The translations under genes were made by a program, and so were the position numbers. 64,000 nt of DNA. It comes from Longimicrobiales bacterium. Lineage in GTDB: Bacteria > Gemmatimonadota > Gemmatimonadetes > Longimicrobiales > RSA9. Positions 47,135 to 56,344 of the stretch are shown here, piece after piece; positions within the stretch are counted from its first letter, which is position 1, and each line of letters opens with the position of its first letter. The notes under the pieces were generated by a model. The model saw only the letters and a list, made by a program, of their open reading frames with translations, did not search any database and was not told where the DNA came from. The stretch is taken from assembly GCA_046483065.1 (NCBI GenBank), contig JAWODW010000053.1, positions 75,408-139,407 on the forward strand, read 5' to 3'.

Positions 47135-47225
47135 TCGGTGCCCGTGGTGGTAGTCATAGTGGCGATCGTAGTCGGGATCGGCCCCGCCCCCGACGTTCGC
47201 GATCTCGTCCCGTGGATCATCACGC

Positions 47226-49034
47226 TCAACCCGCCGGCTCGAAGGCCCAGTTCACGATGGCCACGCCCGTGAGTGCCAGCCCGATCAGCGGCATCCACCA
47301 GATGTCGGTCATGAACAGGATCAGCGTGGCGGCCGCGCCGGCGGCGGTGATGAGCGGCCAGAAGCTCGGGTCCGGCATGTGGACGCCGCCCTCGGGCTCG
47401 GTGTAGACGGCCTCATCGAAGTCCTCGGGGTGGTCCCAGAGGGGGTTCCGGCTCCGGACCTCCGGCAGCGTGGCGAAGTTGAACTCCGGCGGCGGCGACG
47501 TGGTGGCCCATTCCAGCGTGGCGGCCTTCCACGGGTTCGGCCCGGCCTTCTCGCCCTTGCGCCAGCTCCGTACGAGGTTCCACGCGAAGGCCAGCGTGCC
47601 GAAGGCCATGAGCAGTGCGCTGAGGGACATGAACAGGTTGATCCCGCCCAGGTTCAGTTCCTCGGCGTAGGTGTAGATCCGCCGCGGCATCCCGAGCAGT
47701 CCCACCCAGTGCATGGGGAAGAACGTCAGGTTGAACCCGAGGACGAAGAGCCAGAAGTGCCACTTGCCGAGCGTCTCGCTCAGGAACCGGCCGCTGACCT
47801 TCGGGAACCAGTAGTAGAATCCGCTGAACACGCCCATGAGCAGCCCACCGATGAGGACGTAGTGGAAGTGCGCCACCACGAAGTAGGTGTCGTGCTGCTG
47901 GAGGTCGGCGGGCGAGGCCGAGTGCATGATCCCGCTGATGCCGCCGATGGTGAAGAGCGCCACCATGGCCACGGAGAAGAGCATGGACGTGGTGAACTGG
48001 AGCTTTCCGCCCCACATGGTGGCCAGCCAGTTGAAGATCTTCACGCCCGTGGGGATGGCGATGATCATCGTCGAGATCGTGAAGAAGGAGTCGGCGATGG
48101 GGCCGAGCCCGGTGGTGAACATGTGGTGGCTCCACACGCCCCAGCTGATGAACCCGATGAGGGCACCGCTGAACACCATCACGGCGTAGCCGAAGAGCGG
48201 CTTCCGGCTGAACGTCGGGATCACGTCGCTGGCGATCCCGAACGCCGGCAGGATCAGGATGTAGACCTCGGGGTGCCCGAACAGCCAGAAGAGGTGCTGC
48301 CAGAGGATCGGGTCGCCGCCCGCCGCCACGTTGAAGAAGTTGGTGTCCCAGAACCGGTCGAACGTGAGCATGAAGAGTGCCACGGCCAGCACCGGCAGCG
48401 CCGTCACGATGATGAAGCTGGTGACGAACGCCATCCACGTGAAGAGCGGCATGCGCATGAGCTTCATGCCCGGCGCCCGGAGGTTGATGATCGTGGTGAT
48501 GAAGTTCACGCCCCCGGCAATGGACCCGATCCCCAGGATCTGGAGACCGAGGGCGTAGAAGTCCATGTTCGGACCGGGCGAGAACTGGCGGCTGCTCAGG
48601 TTCGCGTAGCCGAACCAGCCGCCATCGGGCGCCGCGCCGATGAAGAAGCTGGAGTACATGAACAGCCCGCCGAACAGGAACACCCAGTACGAGAAGGCGT
48701 TCAGCCGCGGGAAGGCCACGTCCCGGGCGCCGATCTGGAGCGGGATGACGTAGTTGAAAAAGGCCACGGCGATGGGCATTCCCACCAGGAACACCATGGT
48801 GATGCCGTGCATGGTGAAGAGCTGGTTGTACAGCTCCGGGCCGATCACCGCCGCCTCCGGCTTGGCCAGCTGCCACCGGATCACCAGCGCCTCCAGCCCG
48901 CCCAGGATGAAGAACACCAGGGCGGTGGCGCCGTAGAGGATCCCGATCTTCTTGTGGTCGATGGTGGTCAGCCAGTCCCACAGCCCGCTCCGGGGCGTGG
49001 TCTCGGCCGGCGTCTTCGTTTCCACTGTCGCCAT
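47226..49034 (-). CDS. ctaD: Cytochrome c oxidase subunit I (heme-copper oxidase catalytic subunit)
   Basis: WLFGHPEVYILILPAFG, WSHHMFT and HFHYVL ligand motifs. 602 aa, with two extra C-terminal TM helices. Confidence 0.95.
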   Translation of the reverse strand: MATVETKTPAETTPRSGLWDWLTTIDHKKIGILYGATALVFFILGGLEALVIRWQLAKPEAAVIGPELYNQLFTMHGITMVFLVGMPIAVAFFNYVIPLQIGARDVAFPRLNAFSYWVFLFGGLFMYSSFFIGAAPDGGWFGYANLSSRQFSPGPNMDFYALGLQILGIGSIAGGVNFITTIINLRAPGMKLMRMPLFTWMAFVTSFIIVTALPVLAVALFMLTFDRFWDTNFFNVAAGGDPILWQHLFWLFGHPEVYILILPAFGIASDVIPTFSRKPLFGYAVMVFSGALIGFISWGVWSHHMFTTGLGPIADSFFTISTMIIAIPTGVKIFNWLATMWGGKLQFTTSMLFSVAMVALFTIGGISGIMHSASPADLQQHDTYFVVAHFHYVLIGGLLMGVFSGFYYWFPKVSGRFLSETLGKWHFWLFVLGFNLTFFPMHWVGLLGMPRRIYTYAEELNLGGINLFMSLSALLMAFGTLAFAWNLVRSWRKGEKAGPNPWKAATLEWATTSPPPEFNFATLPEVRSRNPLWDHPEDFDEAVYTEPEGGVHMPDPSFWPLITAAGAAATLILFMTDIWWMPLIGLALTGVAIVNWAFEPAG

Positions 49035-49055
49035 CGTGCGTCCGTTCCTGGGTGA

Positions 49056-50267
49056 CTACTGCGCCGTGTCCGGCGTGGTCGTGTCCTGCGTCGTCGTGTC
49101 CTGCGACGGGGAGTCGTCCGGCGACGAGGGGCCGTCCTGCGACGGGGACCCCTCCTGCGACCCGGCCCCGTCCGGCCGCGCCGGGCGTCGCCCGGCCATG
49201 GGGCGCCGCAGGTCCAGCAGATAGGTGGCCATGGCCCGTGCCTGCTCGCGGCTCAGCCCCGTGGGCTCCATGCCGCCCGCGCCCGTCTCGCTGCCCGGCA
49301 TGATGACCCCCTTCTTCAGGTCGGGAGCGTGGAGGATCCATTCCGTCAGGTTCTCCTCCGTGTTCGCCATGAGCCCGGCGCCGATGCTCCACCGCTCGCC
49401 GAAGTGGGTCAGGTCCGGACCCAGCCGGCCCTGGGCACTGGTGCCCTCAATGGCGTGGCAGGCGATGCACACGCTGCTCATGAACAGGTCCCGGCCCTCG
49501 GCCGCCCGCTCGCCCGACGGCTCCACCGGCGTGTTCATGTCCTCGACCCAGGCGGCGAAGTCCGCGGCGGGCACCCCGACGGCCATCATCCGCATGATGG
49601 CGTGACTCGTGCCGCAGAACTCCGCGCACTGGCCCATGTACTCACCCGCCGAGTCCACCTCCAGCACGATCTGGTTCATGTGCAGCGGCTCCACGCCCTC
49701 CGGCGTCCGCGGCACCGGGTTCACGTCCTTCTTCCCGCCCAGCCGCGGGATCCAGAAGCTGTGGATCACGTCCGCCGATCGGAGCCGCAGCGCGATCGGC
49801 CGACCCACCGGCACGTAGAACTCGTTGGCCGTGATGATGTCGTGCTCCGGGTACCGGAACTCCCACCACCACTGGTGCCCGATGGCCTCGATCACCAGCG
49901 CATCGTCCGGCGCGTCCGCCTGTGTGGCGAAGATCGCGCGGATCGTCGGCACCGCGATGAAGAGGATGATCAGCGCCGGGATCACCGTCCACGCGATCTC
50001 CAGCTTCGTGCTGCCGTAGATCGGCTTCGGCTCCGGGCTGTCCGGCCGCTCGCGGAACCGGATCAGGATGAAGATCAGCGCGCCGAATACCACCACCGCA
50101 ATCCCCACCGTCCACCACGTCACCGTGGCCCAGAGCGCGGACTGGAGGCGGCCGTACTCGGTCACCGGCTCGATCATGGTCTGTGGAAACTCACGGGCAC
50201 ACGCCGTGAGCAATAGGAACGCGCCGGAGATCGACCGGCGCGCTAGTATCGAGAGACGGTCTCGCAT
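49056..50267 (-). CDS. ctaC: Cytochrome c oxidase subunit II with fused C-terminal cytochrome c domain (caa3 type)
   Basis: Start trimmed to the ATG at 50267. CuA site HSFWIP...CAEFCGTSHAIM and heme-c site CIACHAIEG. Ser/Asp/Thr/Pro-rich low-complexity C-terminal tail. Confidence 0.9.
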   Translation of the reverse strand: MRDRLSILARRSISGAFLLLTACAREFPQTMIEPVTEYGRLQSALWATVTWWTVGIAVVVFGALIFILIRFRERPDSPEPKPIYGSTKLEIAWTVIPALIILFIAVPTIRAIFATQADAPDDALVIEAIGHQWWWEFRYPEHDIITANEFYVPVGRPIALRLRSADVIHSFWIPRLGGKKDVNPVPRTPEGVEPLHMNQIVLEVDSAGEYMGQCAEFCGTSHAIMRMMAVGVPAADFAAWVEDMNTPVEPSGERAAEGRDLFMSSVCIACHAIEGTSAQGRLGPDLTHFGERWSIGAGLMANTEENLTEWILHAPDLKKGVIMPGSETGAGGMEPTGLSREQARAMATYLLDLRRPMAGRRPARPDGAGSQEGSPSQDGPSSPDDSPSQDTTTQDTTTPDTAQ

Positions 50268-50493
50268 TGACTGTCCGGGTTCGTCTTGTTTCGGGGCCGC
50301 GCGGGGGCCCGGAGCCGGCAAAGGTTAGACAAGTCTCACACGCGCGTCAACCGCTTCCTGACAGAATCGTGCCACGGATGTCGGGAGATCCCCTACAGAT
50401 CCCGCGTTGCCCGCCGGGCCCGGCGGCTCTATCCTGCCCGATGAGCCGGTACATTGAACCCGGACCATCCACCGCCATGCACCCGACCTTGCC

Positions 50494-51714
50494 ATGCGAC
50501 CTCGCCGATCCACCCTGCGTCCCGCGTCGACCCTCGTGGCCCTCGTCCCGTTCCTTGCGCTCGCGTCCCCGGCCGTGACCGCCGCCCAGGCCCATGACGG
50601 GGCGGAGCGCCCCCGTGCCCGGGCGGCGGGTGTGGTGGTGGGCGTGCTGCCGACGGGGCCGCTCAACGCCATCACCGACGTGGCGGGCGTGGCCGTGGGC
50701 CAGACCACCGTACGGGAGGGCGATAGCGTACGCACGGGGGTGACGGCGATCCTGCCTCACGCCGGGAACGTGTTCCGGGAGAAGGTGCCGGCGGCGATGG
50801 TGGTGGGGAACGGGTTCGGCAAGCTGCTGGGCGTCACGCAGGTCCGGGAGCTGGGCGAGCTGGAGACGCCGATCTTGCTGACGTGCACGCTCTGCGTCTG
50901 GCGGGCCGCCGACGCCATGGTGGCGTGGCTGCTGGAGCGGCCGGGGATGGAGGGCGTGCGGTCCATCAACCCGGTGGTGGGCGAGACCAACGACGGGTAC
51001 CTGAACGACATCCGGGCCCGTCCCATCCGGCCCGAGCACGTGGTCTCGGCGCTGGAGTCGGCCGCCGCCGGCCCGGTTTCGGAGGGGAGCGTGGGCGCCG
51101 GTACCGGGACCCGGGCCTTCGGCTGGAAGGGCGGGATCGGGACGTCGTCGCGGGCGCTCCCGGGCAGCCTGGGCGGGTGGACCGTGGGCGTGCTGGTGCA
51201 GAGCAATTTCGGCGGCGTGCTCACCATCAACGGCGCGCCCGTGGGGCGGGAGCTGGGCCGCTACTCCTTCCAGGGCGCGCTGGAGCGGGCCGAGCTCGAC
51301 ACCGACGGCGGCGATGGCAGCATCATGATGGTGGTGGCCACCGACGCGCCGCTGTCCGCCCGGTCGCTGGAGCGCCTCGGCCGACGTGCGCTGGCTGGGC
51401 TGGCCCGGACCGGCTCCATCATGAGCAACGGCTCCGGCGACTATGTCATCGCCTTCTCTACGGCGGAGTCCGTGCGTCGCGGCGAAGGTAGGGCACCGCG
51501 GGCCGTGACCGACGTGCCCAACGATGCCATATCGCCGCTCTTCCAGGCCGTGGCCGAGGCCACCGAGGAGGCGGTCTACAACTCACTGTTCCGGGCCACC
51601 ACCGTCACCGGCCATCGGGGCACCGTCGAGGCGATCCCGCTGGAGGAGACGCTGCGGGTCCTGGAGCGGTACAACGCGCTGCGCTGGGACGCGTCGCTGC
51701 CGCCGGGCCGCTGA
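50494..51714 (+). CDS. P1/DmpA-family (S58) aminopeptidase, secreted
   Basis: Signal peptide LVALVPFLALASPAVTAAQA. GVAVGQTT, GETNDG and GAGTGTRAFGWKGGIGTSS, characteristic of the DmpA/P1 family. Confidence 0.85.
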   Translation: MRPRRSTLRPASTLVALVPFLALASPAVTAAQAHDGAERPRARAAGVVVGVLPTGPLNAITDVAGVAVGQTTVREGDSVRTGVTAILPHAGNVFREKVPAAMVVGNGFGKLLGVTQVRELGELETPILLTCTLCVWRAADAMVAWLLERPGMEGVRSINPVVGETNDGYLNDIRARPIRPEHVVSALESAAAGPVSEGSVGAGTGTRAFGWKGGIGTSSRALPGSLGGWTVGVLVQSNFGGVLTINGAPVGRELGRYSFQGALERAELDTDGGDGSIMMVVATDAPLSARSLERLGRRALAGLARTGSIMSNGSGDYVIAFSTAESVRRGEGRAPRAVTDVPNDAISPLFQAVAEATEEAVYNSLFRATTVTGHRGTVEAIPLEETLRVLERYNALRWDASLPPGR

Positions 51715-51749
51715 CCCGTCCAGGCCTCGGGGCCCACCCCACCTTCCGT

Positions 51750-52078
51750 TTCACGCGAAGCCGCGAAGGTCGACTGCAAGACGCGAAGCCCGGCGGGGGG
51801 CGTTTCCGGCGTGAGCCCTTCCTTGCCGGCACGGCAGACCCTGCGGTCGGGGTTGGTCCGGGCGGGTTCGGGCTCGCCGGGTCGCGGTAGATCCCCGGGG
51901 CTCCCTGTTGCCCGCCGATGGGAACCCGCTTTGCCTCGGGCGGGTCGAGGTTCGCCGCGAATCTCGGTTCCATCGGCTCAAACAGAATGAGCCGGCTTGC
52001 TTGCTTTGCCGGCGAGCCACCACCCACCCCGAAGCCGGCCCTTGGCGTCTTCGGCAGTTCCTGGCGTCTTCGCGTGAA
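51750..52078. repeat. TIR-bounded non-coding element (CACGCGAAG-word family)
   Basis: ttcacgcgaag (51750-51760) is the exact reverse complement of cttcgcgtgaa (52068-52078). Further gacgcgaag and cgtcttcgg words lie inside both ends. The element sits directly after the stop of the upstream gene. Confidence 0.8.
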
Positions 52079-52233
52079 CCCGAAGGCTGCCTCGCCGCGC
52101 CGTCGGACGTCACGCCGCGGATGCAACCCTACCCCGTCGTCGCCCATCTAACGCCCTACCGAAACTCTCTGCACGCACGCATCGTAGGATCATCTCGAAG
52201 CCCGGGTTCGACTGAATCGAGGGGACGGAGACC

Positions 52234-53946
52234 ATGAGGATTGTCACCAGTGTCCTGCTCCTGGCCATTGCCGTACCGGTGGTGGCGCAGGAGCGGGAGA
52301 TCCGGAACGCCAACCTCCCGCGGGAGCTGGAATGGGAGCTCCTGCGGATGTACGAGGGCGAGGCCGAGCGCTACGAGGGGCCGGCCACGATCAGCCGGAT
52401 GGAGGTGATCCGCGGGGACGTAGCGGTGATGGGCGGGCCGCTCCGGATCGAGGGTCGGGTCATGGGCAGCGTAGCCATGGTGAACGGCGACGTGATCGTG
52501 GAGCCCGGCGGCTCGGTGACCGGCGACATCACGGTGGTGGGCGGCGAGGTCCGCATGGGCGATGATGCGGACGTTCGGGGCACGATCACGGCGTACGGCA
52601 CGTCGTCTCGCCGCTGGGCGGACCGGGACGACCGCTGGGGTGACGACGATCGGTGGGGCGACCGTGACCGGTGGGACTCACGGTACCGGGAGCGGGGCTT
52701 CTCCCGGCTCACGCTCCGTACCGGCGCCAGCTACAACCGCGTGGAGGGGCTCCCGCTCATGTTCGGGCCGGTGATCCAGACGGCGGGTTCGAACCCGCTG
52801 CGGCTGGAGGCGCTGGCCATCTGGCGGTCGGAAGGCAGCACGTCGCTGGACGGCGACCGCATGGGCTACCAGGTCCGGGCGGAGCAGTTCCTCGGTGGCA
52901 GCCGCCGCATGAGCGTGGGCGGGTCGGCGTACTCGGTGGTGGACCCCATGGACCGGTGGCAGCTGACCGACCTCGAGGCGAGCCTGGCTGCGGCCGTCTT
53001 CCACGAGGACTACCGGGACCATTTCGACCGCCAGGGCTGGAGCGCGTTCGCCCGGGTCGAGCCGTGGCGGGGCGTGGAGGCGCGGGTCGAGTACCGGGAC
53101 GAGACGCACTCGGCGGTGGCGCCCGGCGACCCGTGGTCGCTCTTCAACAGCGGCGACCTGTGGCGGGCCCAGCCGATCATCGGTGAGGGCGGCCTCCAGG
53201 CCGTGACCGGCGGCCTCGAGCTGGATTTCCGGGACGACGAGGACGACCCGGACCGGGGCTGGCTGGCCCGGCTCTCGGTGGACCGGCCCGTGGGCGGCAC
53301 GCTCACTCGCCCGGCGCTCCTCTTCGTGCGCCCCGATGACGGGACGGTGGTCACCGAGGTCCTGCCCGCGGCGGAGCTGGACACCGACTTCACCAGCGCG
53401 CTGGTGGACGTGAGGCGCTACTTGCCCGTGGGCTACGGCTCCCAGCTGAACGTCCGGGTGGCCGCCGGCGGGAGCCTCGCGGAGCAGGCACTCCCGGCCC
53501 AGTTCCAGCACGCGCTGGGCGGGCTCGGCACGCTCCCGGGCTTCCCCACGTTCGCCGTGGACTGCGGCGCTCGCGGGGCCACGGGGCGGTACGGCGACGA
53601 CCGGTTCTACACCGGCTACGGCTGCGACCGGTTCGTACTGGGCCAGGTGGAGTACCGGGGCGGGTTGTCGCTGGACTTCGGGTTCGGCGACCCGGACTAC
53701 GAGGACGACGACTGGTGGCACGACGTGGACATCGACCTGAGCCCCACCTGGGTGGTCTTCTTCGACGCGGCCCATGGGTGGTCCTACGGCGATGCGCTCT
53801 CCGGCGTGGGGTCGGAGACCGGCATGCTCTACGACGCCGGGGTCGGGTTCCTCATCGACAGGCTGGGCTTCTACGCCGCGCTGCCGCTGAACGGCGACGT
53901 GGAGCGGGAGCCCCGGTTCTTCATCCGGCTGGGGCGGAGGTTCTAG
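52234..53946 (+). CDS. Outer-membrane beta-barrel protein with N-terminal beta-helix (bactofilin-like) segment and DRW repeats
   Basis: Signal peptide MRIVTSVLLLAIAVPVVAQ. Residues ~58-121 form a G/V-rich short-repeat segment (GDVAVMGGPLRIEGRVMGSVAMVNGDVIVEPGGSVTGDITVVGGEVRMG). RWADRDDRWGDDDRWGDRDRWD follows. The C-terminal region is long and beta-rich, ending in FFIRLGRRF. Confidence 0.75.
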   Translation: MRIVTSVLLLAIAVPVVAQEREIRNANLPRELEWELLRMYEGEAERYEGPATISRMEVIRGDVAVMGGPLRIEGRVMGSVAMVNGDVIVEPGGSVTGDITVVGGEVRMGDDADVRGTITAYGTSSRRWADRDDRWGDDDRWGDRDRWDSRYRERGFSRLTLRTGASYNRVEGLPLMFGPVIQTAGSNPLRLEALAIWRSEGSTSLDGDRMGYQVRAEQFLGGSRRMSVGGSAYSVVDPMDRWQLTDLEASLAAAVFHEDYRDHFDRQGWSAFARVEPWRGVEARVEYRDETHSAVAPGDPWSLFNSGDLWRAQPIIGEGGLQAVTGGLELDFRDDEDDPDRGWLARLSVDRPVGGTLTRPALLFVRPDDGTVVTEVLPAAELDTDFTSALVDVRRYLPVGYGSQLNVRVAAGGSLAEQALPAQFQHALGGLGTLPGFPTFAVDCGARGATGRYGDDRFYTGYGCDRFVLGQVEYRGGLSLDFGFGDPDYEDDDWWHDVDIDLSPTWVVFFDAAHGWSYGDALSGVGSETGMLYDAGVGFLIDRLGFYAALPLNGDVEREPRFFIRLGRRF

Positions 53947-55156
53947 CGGCCTCCATCCCCAGCAGCTCGGCGAGGTCGTCGAGGCGGTTCTCGGCGTCCT
54001 TCTCGCCCAGCTCGATGAGCGCCCGGATGTAGTCCGGCTGGAACATCATCATGGCCAGCGCCTCCGGGCTCCCGCTCCGGGTGGCGCCGATGCCGCGGCT
54101 GAGGAACCGGATCCCCCGCGGGAGCCGGGGCTCGAAGTCCCGGGCCATGGCCGACAGGTCCCGGGACGGACGCAGGATGACCATCTCCACCGGCCGCATG
54201 CCGTCCCGCTCGTCTTCGGGCAGCTTCTCAATGATCCGGTTCATGTGCTCGAGGCGGCGTGCGTCGTTGTCCAGCGTCTCCAGGAAGACGGCGTTGCTGA
54301 GCACACCCATGACCCGGGCGGGCGACGGGTAGCCCACCACGTCCGGCCGGTCGGCCTCCTCCCGGCTGCGGTCGTAGCGCGTGGAGACGGCCAGGATCCG
54401 CCCCGCGCCCAGGTGCAGCGCCGGCGAGAGGGGCGCCACCAGGCGGATCCCGCCATCGCCGTAGTACTCGTCGCCGACGCGGACGGCGGGGAAGAGCCCC
54501 GGCAGCGCCGATGATGCCATGACGTGGTCGACCCGCAGTCGCGTCTGCACGCTTTTCCGGTTCGGCCGCTCCCAGAGCTCGATGTCGCGGCCCTGGACGA
54601 ACACCGTGTTCTGCCCGGTGGTGTAGCTGGTGGCGCTCACGGCCACCGCCTTCAGCCGGCCCCGGTGCAGGTTGTAGTCGATGCCCGTGATCTCGCCCTC
54701 GACGATGGCCAGCGCCTCCGCCAGGTACCGGCGCAGCGGCGTGGTGTCGAGGAGCGACCGGACCTCCGGCATGGGCAGCAGCCCACCCGTCAGGAGCCGG
54801 CCCGCCCACCGGCTCACCGTCCACGCCAGGTGCGGCGCGTCGGTGCGGAAGACCTGGTCCGGGGTCAGCTCCGACCAGAGCGCCGTAAGCTCGTCGGCGG
54901 CCTGCTGGAGGGTCCCGTGGTGCGCCGCCAGGTGGATGGCGTTCACCGCGCCCGCCGAGACGCCCGTGATGATGGGGATCTCCACGTCGGGGAACCGCCG
55001 GGCCAGGCAGCGCAGCAGCCCCACCTGGTACGCGCCGCGGGCGCCGCCGCCCGTCATCACCAGCGCCAGCTCGTTGGCTGAGGACGGCGACGTGTCCAGC
55101 GGCCCCCACCGGGCCAGGTCCTTCCACGTGAAGCTGGGAAACTTGAAGCGTGCCAT
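53921..55156 (-). CDS. Patatin-like phospholipase
   Basis: Start trimmed to the ATG at 55156. Oxyanion motif GGGARGAYQVG, nucleophile GVSAGA and catalytic DGG (YYGDGGIRL). The 3' end overlaps the convergent gene by 26 nt. Confidence 0.85.
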   Translation of the reverse strand: MARFKFPSFTWKDLARWGPLDTSPSSANELALVMTGGGARGAYQVGLLRCLARRFPDVEIPIITGVSAGAVNAIHLAAHHGTLQQAADELTALWSELTPDQVFRTDAPHLAWTVSRWAGRLLTGGLLPMPEVRSLLDTTPLRRYLAEALAIVEGEITGIDYNLHRGRLKAVAVSATSYTTGQNTVFVQGRDIELWERPNRKSVQTRLRVDHVMASSALPGLFPAVRVGDEYYGDGGIRLVAPLSPALHLGAGRILAVSTRYDRSREEADRPDVVGYPSPARVMGVLSNAVFLETLDNDARRLEHMNRIIEKLPEDERDGMRPVEMVILRPSRDLSAMARDFEPRLPRGIRFLSRGIGATRSGSPEALAMMMFQPDYIRALIELGEKDAENRLDDLAELLGMEAARTSAPAG

Positions 55157-55163
55157 GGAACCG

Positions 55164-56255
55164 CTACGCGTCCGGGTCCGGGTCGCCCTCGATGTACACC
55201 GTCCGGGTCGGGTACGCGAAGTCGATGCCCCGCTCCTCGAACTGGCCGAAGATCTCCAGGTTGATCTCCTGCTGGGTGTCCATGTAGGCGTTGTAGTCCG
55301 GCACGAGCATGTAGTAGACCACCTCGAAGTCGAGCGACGAGTCGCCGTAGCTGGCGAAGTGGGCCCGATCGAACCGGGTGTTCTCCAGCCCTTCGATGAT
55401 CTCACGCACGAGCTCCGGGATCTCCGCCAGCTGCTCTTTCGGCGTCTGGTACGTCACGCCGAACTCGAAGACGATCCGGCGCTCGGCCATCCGCTTGTAG
55501 TTCCGGATCCGGCTGTTGAGGAGGTCGTTGTTGCTGAAGATCAGCTGCTCGCCGCCCAGGCTGCGGACCCGGGTCGTCTTCATCCCGATGTGCTCGACGG
55601 TGCCCATCATGTCGCCCACGATGATGAAGTCGCCGATGACGAACGGCTTGTCGAGGACGATGGACAGCGAGGCGAACAGGTCGCCCAGCACGTTCTGCAT
55701 GGCCAGCGCCACGGCGATCCCGCCGATGCCGACGCCGGCGACGAGGGCGGTGATGTCCACGCCGGCGGTGTCCAGCGCCACGAGCGCCACCAGGACCCAG
55801 AGGGCGAGGCGGAGGAGGAACCCGACGAACCGGACGGTGGTAGCCGCGGCGGCGTCCTCCTCCATCCGGCGGGAGGTGTAGCGCCCGAGCCCGACCTGAA
55901 TGGCGGCGTTGCCCCAGAACCCGATCTGGAGGAGCGTGGCCACCACCACCAGCACGTGGATCGCGCCGGTGACCCGATCGGAGAGCTCCAGCGCCTGCGC
56001 CCCGGCGAGGACGGTCAGGGCGAGGAGGAAGATGAAGTGGGTCCGATCGAGGATGGCGGCGGCCAGGTCGTCGAGCTCGTTGTCCGTGCGGTCGGACAGC
56101 GTCCTGAGCTGACGGACCACGAACATGCGGACCACCACGAGGGTCCCGAGGACCAGGACGGCGATCCCGGCGGCGATGAGCCACTCGAGGACGGTGTTGC
56201 CGGCGAAGACGTTGTTCAGGAAGTCCATAGGTCTCTGGCGGGGGTGAAGGTTCAC
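55164..56255 (-). CDS. Mechanosensitive ion channel, MscS family
   Basis: Four or five TM helices, then the conserved pore and beta-domain GVGIGGIAVALAMQNVLGDLFASLSIVLDKPFVIGDFI. The stop is 7 nt upstream of the patatin start. Confidence 0.9.
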   Translation of the reverse strand: MNLHPRQRPMDFLNNVFAGNTVLEWLIAAGIAVLVLGTLVVVRMFVVRQLRTLSDRTDNELDDLAAAILDRTHFIFLLALTVLAGAQALELSDRVTGAIHVLVVVATLLQIGFWGNAAIQVGLGRYTSRRMEEDAAAATTVRFVGFLLRLALWVLVALVALDTAGVDITALVAGVGIGGIAVALAMQNVLGDLFASLSIVLDKPFVIGDFIIVGDMMGTVEHIGMKTTRVRSLGGEQLIFSNNDLLNSRIRNYKRMAERRIVFEFGVTYQTPKEQLAEIPELVREIIEGLENTRFDRAHFASYGDSSLDFEVVYYMLVPDYNAYMDTQQEINLEIFGQFEERGIDFAYPTRTVYIEGDPDPDA

Positions 56256-56344
56256 GGTAAAGATAATGGCGAGCGCCTCCCCTCGCTCGCCCGGGGCGGC
56301 CCGCCTGTTTGCCGGAGGCGGCGGTTCCCGTTATCAAGGTGGGC

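Noticed and set aside
52783-52798. tRNA-like T-arm word gcgggttcgaacccgc.
   Set aside because: It lies inside a well-supported CDS (reads TAGSNPL). The loop is 6 nt rather than 7, and no acceptor, D or anticodon arms can be built around it. I found no tRNA or rRNA gene in the window.
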